The notes beneath the pieces were generated by a model. The model searched no databases. It saw only the letters and a program-made list of their open reading frames with translations, and was not told where the DNA came from. The position numbers and the translations under genes were made by a program. From an uncultured bacterium (GTDB taxonomy: Bacteria; Chlamydiota; Chlamydiia; Chlamydiales; Parachlamydiaceae): a stretch of 49,137 bases of DNA. Of this stretch, positions 9,087 to 17,800 are shown piece after piece; positions within the stretch are counted from its first letter, which is position 1, and each line of letters begins with the position of its first letter. The stretch covers positions 1-49,137 of the forward strand of contig CAZENM010000001.1 of NCBI GenBank assembly GCA_964513575.1, written 5' to 3'.

Positions 9087-9095
9087 CTAATTATA
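9087..9095 (-). promoter_or_regulatory. TATAATTAG extended -10-like motif
   Basis: Read on the - strand, it lies 32 nt upstream of ATG 9057 of the PTP gene. Confidence 0.35.
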
Positions 9096-9139
9096 AAAAC
9101 AAAAATAAAATTCTAGATTAAGTTAAGATAAAAATCACA

Positions 9140-10489
9140 TTAAGACTGACATTCGACCATTTTTTCTAACAATTCAGGTTCTATTTCTTGGATGAACTGC
9201 CCTTCATATTTCTGGTGAAGAAGAAATGCGGGTAGGTAGACAACTCCGGTATTCCAGAACTGATGCCGATGTAAAGATCTTTCAATAATTTCTCCATTTT
9301 CCACAACTTTTTGTGCAGTGGAGGCACCGAAAGGGAGGTGTAAAAAACTCAGCAATGGAGTTTGCCATTGACCCGGAATTTTTTTAATCAACCCAAAAAT
9401 AAACTTACAAGGCCCTTCAGGTTCGGTATTTAGCAGATGAATTCGAAATAGATTGGGCATTCTCCAGTCCCCCACTATAGCTTCAATTTTTTCGTGAGAC
9501 CATTTAGCGCAATTTTCCGACTCAATTTGGTAAACGAAATTACCCTCTCTGGAGCGGCGGATATCTTCGGCGATTCCTTCCATGAAGCTAAAGCCTTGCT
9601 CGGAGGTCAATCCAAAAGAATGGTGTGCTTTTTGACGATGGGTATAAAACACATTTTCATCTGGATAGGCGACGGTTGCATGGACGGTTTTGCAAAAAAA
9701 GGAAAGGCTTTCGGCCACGGAACCTGGAAATTGGTAAGCAAATTTTCCAAAGTCATAAATAGAATACCGTCCGTCTCCAAGGGGAATAGCCACTTCAAGA
9801 AAAGCGTGTGTTTTTTCGAAGTCTAAGGATGGGCTGCTGCGAGATGCTGTTGCGGCAACATTCCATATTACCCCATCGATATGGTACCCGTACATCTTTT
9901 GCGCCTCAGCAAGGGATACAACATTAAATTTCGGCAAATATTTCCACCAGCCTGGTTGGTCCACATCAATTACTCGATATTCCTGCATTGTAGCATCCCA
10001 CCAACCAAGGCGATGGACATTCCAGTTAGTAATACCTTCAGCCATAAACTCCAAGTTACCAACTCTAAGTCCCTTGTGTTTAAATATTTCCAGAACCTGA
10101 GCAACGGTTAAGCGATAATTCCCCCGAAAAGGGATCACTTGTTTTGGATCAAGAATGTTATATTCAACCCCCTCAAAAGGGAGCGTGACTTTATCGTAGT
10201 AAACTTTTAGGAGATCGCCCCCCTGCCTGCCAATACGGCCGTTGAGGTGGCTGGCGACAAGTTTTTTTTGGAGCTCAGGATACTGAATAAATACTTGTGG
10301 GTTGATGCCATCGCGAATAACCCACTTAAAGAAATCGTTTAGCAGCTGAGGATCTCTGTAGATGGATTCTAAAAAATCGGTGTGCGCAGAAGCATAATAT
10401 AGATAATCGACCTCACGAGGTGAGAGCGTTTTTTCGGTGATCAACGACTGTTTCTCTTTCCAGTCTCTGGCTCTATTTAATAGCTCCAT
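9140..10489 (-). CDS. hypothetical protein (449 aa), possible His/Cys hydrolase
   Basis: Long ORF with a GGAGAAG RBS and a TACAATTAG motif upstream. It carries 'THAFLEVAIPLGDGRYSIYDFG' and, ~100 aa later, 'YQIESENCAKWS'. Confidence 0.65.
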   Translation of the reverse strand: MELLNRARDWKEKQSLITEKTLSPREVDYLYYASAHTDFLESIYRDPQLLNDFFKWVIRDGINPQVFIQYPELQKKLVASHLNGRIGRQGGDLLKVYYDKVTLPFEGVEYNILDPKQVIPFRGNYRLTVAQVLEIFKHKGLRVGNLEFMAEGITNWNVHRLGWWDATMQEYRVIDVDQPGWWKYLPKFNVVSLAEAQKMYGYHIDGVIWNVAATASRSSPSLDFEKTHAFLEVAIPLGDGRYSIYDFGKFAYQFPGSVAESLSFFCKTVHATVAYPDENVFYTHRQKAHHSFGLTSEQGFSFMEGIAEDIRRSREGNFVYQIESENCAKWSHEKIEAIVGDWRMPNLFRIHLLNTEPEGPCKFIFGLIKKIPGQWQTPLLSFLHLPFGASTAQKVVENGEIIERSLHRHQFWNTGVVYLPAFLLHQKYEGQFIQEIEPELLEKMVECQS

Positions 10490-10515
10490 AAAATTCTTCT
10501 CCTACCCATCCAACC

Positions 10516-10524
10516 CTAATTGTA
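10516..10524 (-). promoter_or_regulatory. TACAATTAG extended -10-like motif
   Basis: Read on the - strand, it lies 29 nt upstream of ATG 10489. Confidence 0.3.
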
Positions 10525-10716
10525 CTATAAAAATAAATATCTAATAATAAGTAATATAAACTTTAAACGACTCCTAGGGCCAGCAATTTCCATGCCAGGT
10601 TTAGATTTGAGGACGGAAATTCATACAAAGCCTCGTATTAGGTTATTAACATATATGTTCTTGAGCTTTTGCTTTTCTGCGTGGTATAGTGCTTTCATAC
10701 GAACAATTTTTGAGAG

Positions 10717-13533
10717 ATGACGATGACAGAAGAAAAAGCAGCTTACGACGCAAAATCGGTAGAACCCAAATGGAATTCCTATTGGAGAGAGAACGGGTTT
10801 TACCACGCTGATCCTGAATCGAAAAAACCTGCGTATTGCATCGTCATTCCACCACCTAACGTCACCGGCCGTCTGCACATGGGACATGCGCTAGTGAATA
10901 CTTTACAAGACATTCTCATCCGATGGAAGCGGATGTCGGGTTATGAAGCATTATGGGTTCCGGGAACAGATCATGCCGGAATAGCAACGCAAACCATCGT
11001 TGAAAGGCACCTGATAAAAACGGAAAACAAACGGCGTAAAGATTACTCACGGGAAGAATTTTTAAGTCATGTTTGGCGATGGAAAGAGGAAAATGAGCAT
11101 CAGATTGTCAATCAGCTGAAGTTGATGGGATGTTCCTGTGACTGGGAACGGCAGCGCTTTACGATGGATGAAGGGAATAATTTATCCGTCCGCACCATGT
11201 TTAAAAAGTTGTTCGACCAGGGATTGATCTACCGGGGGGATTACCTAGTTAACTGGGATCCTGTGACGCAAACAGCGCTAGGAGACGAGGAAGTTGAGTA
11301 TGATGAGCAACAATCGTTCCTATGGCATTTCAGATACCCCTTAAGCGATAATTCAGGTTATGTTGAGATCGCGACCACGCGTCCGGAGACGATGCTTGGC
11401 GATACTGCTGTTGCTGTCTACCCTAAAGACCCTCGCTACGCCCATTTGATTGGAAAAACGCTCCTATTACCGCTCAGCAACCGTGAAATTCCTATCATCG
11501 CAGACCACCTTGTCGACCCGGATTTCGGTACCGGCGCAGTTAAAGTCACCCCTGCCCACGATCCGAACGACTATGCTATGGGGATGACCCACAACCTTCC
11601 CTTTATCAACATCATGACCCCTGACGGGAAAATTAACGAGAACGGAGGGATCTACGCCGGGTTGACGATGGCGGAAGCGCGTGTAAAGGTTGTCGAAGAT
11701 GTCAAAGCTTTAGGCCATCTGGTCAAGATTGTCCCTCACATCAATCGTGTTGGGGTGAGTTACCGTTCTAAAGCAGTCATCGAACCTTACCTCTCGAAGC
11801 AATGGTTTGTCAAAATGAGTGAATTCGCTCAAAAGCTTCGTCAAACCGTTGAAAGCGGCAAGGTTAAAATCATCCCTAAAAACTGGGAAAATACCTATTT
11901 TCATTGGATCAACAATCTTCGCGACTGGTGTATTAGCCGTCAATTGTGGTGGGGGCATCGGATTCCTATTTGGTATTCGAAGACTGATTCCGAAAAATTC
12001 ATCTGTTACGATGGCGAAGGCGTTCCCCCTGAAGTTGCGGCAAACCCGGGCGACTGGATTCAAGATGAAGATGTCCTAGACACTTGGTTTTCATCCGCAC
12101 TCTGGCCATTTGCCACGTTGGGATGGCCGCAACAGACTCCCGAGCTGAAAAAGTTTTATCCGAACGCTGTTCTTGTCACGGGTCACGATATCTTATTTTT
12201 CTGGGTTGCCCGAATGATCTTAATGGGTGAGTATGCCATGGGAGAGCCCCCCTTTCCAGAAACCTTTCTGCATGGGTTAATCTATGGAAAATCGTATTGG
12301 AGGAATAATCCAGGAGGCGGCATTACCTACGTCACTCCTGAAGAGCGTCATGGCTACGAACATGGGAAACCGCTTCCCAAAGACGTTCAGTTCAAATGGG
12401 AAAAAATGTCCAAAAGCAAAGGAAACATCATTGATCCTCTTGAAGTTATGGAAGAATATGGAACCGATGCGATGCGCATGGCGCTATGCTCTAGCGCGAC
12501 ACAAGCCCGTGAAATCGATCTTGACCTAAGAAAATTCGAAGAGTTCAAAAACTTTGCGAATAAGTTATGGAATGGGGCTCGCTTTGTGTTTATGAATTTG
12601 GAAGGGCTAACCTCTGAAGAACTTTCCAAACCACTTAACTCTAATGTCTTACAGCTAGAAGACCGGTGGATTCTGTCGGTATTGAACCGCACTGTGAAAG
12701 AAGTGAATCTGAAATTAGAAAATTACCAATTTGACCAAGCGGCTCTGCTGGCCTATGACTTCTTCTGGAAAGATTTTTGCGCTAACTATGTGGAAATGAG
12801 TAAGCCTGTGCTTTCGGGCAAATCGGGGGATGCTCAAGCACAAACGACTAAACAAAAATTGCTAGTGATCATCTTAGCCCAGGCCCTGCGATTACTTCAT
12901 CCTATGGCTCCTTTCATCACGGAAGAGCTCTTCCAGAAACTGAAAGAGCGGTTCCCTGAGGTTAGTGTTGTAAACACAGATCTTTACACTGCTGAGCTTG
13001 TGGAAGCTTTGACAAGCAAAGCCTGTGTAGTCGCGCCTTATCCAAAGGTTATTTCAGAAGACGATATTAACGCAGAAATCGAAAGAGGCTTCCAACAAGC
13101 CAATCAGGTGATTTATACCATCCGAAATATCCGCGGGGAAATGAAGATTCCTCCCGGGGTCGCTATTGATCTCCATTTGGTAAAAGCACCAAAACTTGTC
13201 GTGGACAACATTGCTATTATCCAAGCGTTGACCAGAACAAAATCACTTCAGTTTCATGAATCTGAGCCGGAACTAGGGATCTGCAGCGTGGGAATGGTGG
13301 ATGGAATGAAGATCCTGGTGCCTATCCCGGATGAGCTGCTTCAACAGGAAAAAGTACGCCTAGCAAAGGAAAAAGAGAGACTCGAAGGAGTTCTTGGGAA
13401 AATCGAAACGCAGCTGGGTAATGAGGAATTTGTCAAAAATGCTCCGGCTCAACTTGTTGAAAAACAGCAGGCGCTGCTAGAAGGGTCCCGCCGTGACTTA
13501 GCGGAAGTGATCAAAAAATTATCCGGATTGTAG
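10717..13533 (+). CDS. valS: valine--tRNA ligase
   Basis: 938 aa. Class I 'HMGH' (HIGH) and 'KMSKS' motifs, 'WCISRQLWWGHRIP', and a C-terminal coiled coil. Confidence 0.97.
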   Translation: MTMTEEKAAYDAKSVEPKWNSYWRENGFYHADPESKKPAYCIVIPPPNVTGRLHMGHALVNTLQDILIRWKRMSGYEALWVPGTDHAGIATQTIVERHLIKTENKRRKDYSREEFLSHVWRWKEENEHQIVNQLKLMGCSCDWERQRFTMDEGNNLSVRTMFKKLFDQGLIYRGDYLVNWDPVTQTALGDEEVEYDEQQSFLWHFRYPLSDNSGYVEIATTRPETMLGDTAVAVYPKDPRYAHLIGKTLLLPLSNREIPIIADHLVDPDFGTGAVKVTPAHDPNDYAMGMTHNLPFINIMTPDGKINENGGIYAGLTMAEARVKVVEDVKALGHLVKIVPHINRVGVSYRSKAVIEPYLSKQWFVKMSEFAQKLRQTVESGKVKIIPKNWENTYFHWINNLRDWCISRQLWWGHRIPIWYSKTDSEKFICYDGEGVPPEVAANPGDWIQDEDVLDTWFSSALWPFATLGWPQQTPELKKFYPNAVLVTGHDILFFWVARMILMGEYAMGEPPFPETFLHGLIYGKSYWRNNPGGGITYVTPEERHGYEHGKPLPKDVQFKWEKMSKSKGNIIDPLEVMEEYGTDAMRMALCSSATQAREIDLDLRKFEEFKNFANKLWNGARFVFMNLEGLTSEELSKPLNSNVLQLEDRWILSVLNRTVKEVNLKLENYQFDQAALLAYDFFWKDFCANYVEMSKPVLSGKSGDAQAQTTKQKLLVIILAQALRLLHPMAPFITEELFQKLKERFPEVSVVNTDLYTAELVEALTSKACVVAPYPKVISEDDINAEIERGFQQANQVIYTIRNIRGEMKIPPGVAIDLHLVKAPKLVVDNIAIIQALTRTKSLQFHESEPELGICSVGMVDGMKILVPIPDELLQQEKVRLAKEKERLEGVLGKIETQLGNEEFVKNAPAQLVEKQQALLEGSRRDLAEVIKKLSGL

Positions 13534-13634
13534 AAAGGCGGAATTATGGCGTCCTTACAGAGCACTGCTCCTTCGTACTTGACATCTGCGGAGAAAGCCC
13601 CTATGAATTAATATTATAGGATAAAGGTTTCCCC

Positions 13635-14849
13635 ATGCCGGAAAAAATTTTAGTTGTCGATGATGAAGCGGACGTTGAAATCCTTTTTAATCAGAAGTTT
13701 AGGAAGCAAATCAAGGAAGGTGTTCTTGAACTTATTTATGCTAGAAATGGTTTTGAAGCGCTATTAAAACTCGAAGAACATCCAGACATAGATATCATCC
13801 TTACAGATATAAACATGCCGGAAATGGATGGCTTAACCCTCCTTGGAGAGCTGAATAAAATCACTCGACCTATTAAGACTATCGTCATTTCAGCCTATGG
13901 AGATATGCCGAATATTCGAAGCGCCATGAATAAAGGGGCCTCCGATTTCATCACTAAACCTATCGACTTCCAGGATCTGGAGATCACACTAAATAAAATT
14001 ATAACCCAGTATAAGTCCCATCGAGAAGCCCTTATTGCGAAATCGCGCTTAACTACCATAGAAAAAGAACTAGATATCGCCCGCAGAATTCAACAAGGGA
14101 TGCTCCCATCGAATACTCCATTATTCAAAGGGGAGTTTCCTCCGATAGAACTAGTGGGCACAATGATTCCCGCAAAAGAAGTCGGAGGAGATTTTTATGA
14201 TTTTTTCCTTCTCGACAAAGAAAGACTTGCTGTGATCATTGCGGATGTTTCCGGGAAAAGCGTTCCTGCATGCTTATTTATGGCAGTCGCCCGGACGGTG
14301 ATCCGTACTGTCGCCAATAAAAACGCCTCTACAGCAGAGACGCTTTTTGAAGCTAACACTGTGTTATCGATGGACAATCAGTCGAATCTATTTGTGACGG
14401 TATTTTATGGGGTATTAAATTTACAGACCGGAGAGCTCACCTACTCAAGCGCGGGGCACACAGCTCCCTATCTCTTAAATAAATCCGGCGCAAAGCAACT
14501 GGAAAAAAACCAAGGAATGGCTTTGGGGATAATTGAAAACACTTTTCCTTATGAAGAAAAAAAAATTATATTAACTTCCGGGGATACTCTTTTTCTTTAT
14601 ACCGATGGAATCACTGAAGCGATGAACGCAAGCAGGCAATTGTATGGTGACGAAGAGTTGCAAAAAGGGCTCATCCCTTTAGCAAATCATCAACCTTCAG
14701 AGATATTAACCGGTGTCATCGAAGAGGTCCGCACCTTTGCCGGAGCTCGAGAGCAGAGCGATGACATCACTCTTTTAGCCCTCCGTTTCAACCACACATT
14801 GACCCTTGTAGATGATGAAGCAGTTACAATACTTACCAGTACTAAGTAA
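13635..14849 (+). CDS. response-regulator receiver fused to a PP2C/SpoIIE-type phosphatase
   Basis: 404 aa. REC motifs: 'VVDDEAD', 'LTDINMPEMDG', 'KP'. PP2C/SpoIIE motifs: 'GGDFYDFF', 'IADVSGKSVPA', 'YTDGITEA', 'SDDITLLALRF'. Confidence 0.9.
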   Translation: MPEKILVVDDEADVEILFNQKFRKQIKEGVLELIYARNGFEALLKLEEHPDIDIILTDINMPEMDGLTLLGELNKITRPIKTIVISAYGDMPNIRSAMNKGASDFITKPIDFQDLEITLNKIITQYKSHREALIAKSRLTTIEKELDIARRIQQGMLPSNTPLFKGEFPPIELVGTMIPAKEVGGDFYDFFLLDKERLAVIIADVSGKSVPACLFMAVARTVIRTVANKNASTAETLFEANTVLSMDNQSNLFVTVFYGVLNLQTGELTYSSAGHTAPYLLNKSGAKQLEKNQGMALGIIENTFPYEEKKIILTSGDTLFLYTDGITEAMNASRQLYGDEELQKGLIPLANHQPSEILTGVIEEVRTFAGAREQSDDITLLALRFNHTLTLVDDEAVTILTSTK

Positions 14850-14851
14850 AT

Positions 14852-17800
14852 ATGTTCTCAAACATTAAAAACTATACCCTTCGAGAACTTGTTGAGGAGG
14901 GCAGAGACAACTCAATCTATAAAGGCACTAGGAATCAGGACGATATCCCGGTATGGGTCCGTGTACTTAAAAATCGATATCCTACCGTCAGTGAACTTGC
15001 CAGGTTAAGGCATGAATTTGATATTTCTAGAGTTTTTGATTCTCCAAGGATATTAAAACCGTTATCTCTGCAGAAATTTACGAACAGTCAGATTCTCGTG
15101 TATCCCAACTTCGAAGGGGTCTCTTTAGAGACGTTTTTAAAAACATACAAGTTTGAGGTGGAGAGTTTTATAAAAATCGCGATATCGCTCGCGGAATCTT
15201 TAGGACATATCCATCAGAAAAAAGTGATTCATGAGGACCTTAACCCTAAGAACATCTATATCAATCCGAATACCTTTCAGATTATAGTGGGCGGATTTGG
15301 GAACTCTTCGATGCTTTCCAAGGAAATCACTCAGTCTAAAAGCCATAGTAAATTAGAAAGCTCCCCTACTTACTCATCCCCCGAACAATTTGGAAGAACG
15401 CACCGAAAGATAGATCATCGATCCGACATCTATTCGATGGGGATTGTTTTGTATGAAATATCGACAGGCAGCACTCCATACACCAATACCGACTTTTTAG
15501 AGTTAATGCACCACCACTTGACGATGCTTCCCAAGCCCCCCCAAGAATTAAACCCCCAAATTCCCGGCACCATTTCCAATATCATCCTTAAATGTTTGGA
15601 GAAAATCCCCGAAGAGCGCTATTTCAGCTCTTATGGTCTCATAAATGATCTTCAAAGATGTCTAACCGCATTTAAAAAAAATGGAGTCATTCCGGAATTC
15701 ACTCCCGGACAAAATGATGTTTATGATGTTTTTAGGATTCCACAGCATCTGTATGGCCGAGAACAGGAGCTCACCGCGCTCACCCATGCCTTTGATTACA
15801 TTTGCCAAGGCAATAGCGAATGTATGATGATTGGAGGATACTCAGGAGTAGGGAAAACATCACTGGTTGAGGAAGCTCAAAAGAAAATCATCCATAATAA
15901 AGGTTACTTTGTATCGGGAAAGTTCGACCAATTACAAAGGGACATTCCTTATACAGGAGTCATTTATGCTTGTCGGGATCTGATCCAGCAGGCGTTAACA
16001 GAAAGCGAAGCGACATTAATTCCGCTGAAAGAACGGCTATTCGAGGCCTTACAGAACTACGGTCAACTGCTGATCAATCTAATTCCCGAACTTGAGCTCA
16101 TTATCGGTAAGCAGCCCGAAATCCAGGAAACAGGCACTCAAGAGACACAAAATAGACTTCAACTGTTTTTTGGAAGATTTATCCGCGCTTTTGCAACAGC
16201 GGAAATGCCTTTAGTCTTTTTCTTAGATGACTTGCAATGGGCTGATACTCCCTCTCTAAACCTCATTCGCGTCTTAATGACTGATAAAAGCATCAACTAT
16301 TTCCTCTTGATTGGAGCTTATCGGGATCATGAAACCTCACCGTCCCATCCGCTTATCTTAACCATTCAGGAGATTGAAAAAGAACGAGGGCTTGTACAAA
16401 ACCTAATTCTGACTCCATTGGATCTTGCAAGTGTCATCCAAATTACAGCGGATACACTTCATTGCGGAAAGGATCGCGCCGCGACATTGGCGCAGATTCT
16501 GCATCAGAAAACTGGTGGAAACCCCTTTTTTTTAATCGAATTGCTAAAAAACCTGCACCAAGAAAAGCAGATCTACTTTGATCCCCATACAAAAATATGG
16601 GAGTGGGATTTAGAAAAAATCCGCATTGTCGAAAGCTCAGAGAATGTGATCGACTTAATGATTAAACGGATTATGCAGTCCCCTAAAGAAACACAACAGA
16701 TCTTGACGCTGGCCGCGGCTGTGGGAGTGCGTTTTGAATTGCACATATTGGCTCGTTTTCTAAACCAAAGCCTGGGTAAGACACTTAGCATCCTTTGGAA
16801 TGCGATCACTGATGAGCTTATTGAGCCGGTGGGCGATACGTATAAATTGATTGTGACCAATGAAGAAGATTTTTTTGATACCGATGAACTCATTGATACC
16901 GACATTTCCTTTGAATTTGCCCATGACAGGATTCAACAAGCTGCTTACCTGATGCTGCCCTCCAAAGAGCAGAAAATTCTACATTATAAGATAGCCCACC
17001 TACTGCTGGAATCAATTCCCCCAAAAAAAATCAACGATAAAATTTTTGAGATTACATCCCACTTTAATCGAGGATTTGAAGAGGTTAAGACACGCGAGGA
17101 GCGGAAATTTCTTGCTGAATTAAATCTGAAGGCGTGTTTAAAAGCAAAAAAATCGGCGGCGTTCGGAATTGCTTTTGAGTGTATTGATGTGGCACGCCGT
17201 TCATTAGAGACAGATTCCTGGCAAAAAAACTATGATTTAACCTACCAGGTGTTCTTAGAATCGGCCGAATGCGCCTACCTGGTCAAGCGGTTTGATGTGA
17301 TTGACTCCCTCTCGGAAGTGATCATGACAAACGCTCGTTCCAATGACGACAAAGCTCATTTGTATATCCTTAAGATCAATTTCAACACCAATATTTCAGA
17401 AAACAGGCAAGCCCTACGGGAAGGAATCGAGTGTTTATCCCTCTATGGGGTCAAAGTAAATGAAGAACCTACCCCTCTAGATATCCTGGGAAGCCTGATC
17501 AAAATGAAATGGAAAATCCGCAAATACACTACGGAACAGCTTGAAAACCTTCCGCCTATGAAACAGAAAGATAAGGCTATTCTAGTAGAAATATTAACCC
17601 ACATGGCCCCTCCTGCCTTTATTTCAAATAAAAAACTGTTCTGCTATATCACAAATATCTTGGTCGTTATGACTGTAGATTACGGGAGCACTCCGACATC
17701 CTCCCTGGTTTTCCAATCTCTGGCAGGATTGTTAGAGATTCTTTTTCGCGATTACAAAAAGGGATATGAACTGGGCCAGTTAGCCATACGACTTTCCAAT

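Noticed and set aside
9058-9087. GTG 9087 as the start of the phosphatase gene (ORF-track start)
   Set aside because: The GTG directly abuts the TATAAT box (9090-9095), which would then have no room to act as a promoter. ATG 9057 has an ACGGAG RBS at a suitable distance.
13579-13607. TTGACA-17-TATGAA as the promoter of the REC-PP2C gene
   Set aside because: The -35 is perfect but the -10 matches only 4 of 6, and it sits 27 nt from the ATG. It is plausible but too weak to list as a feature.
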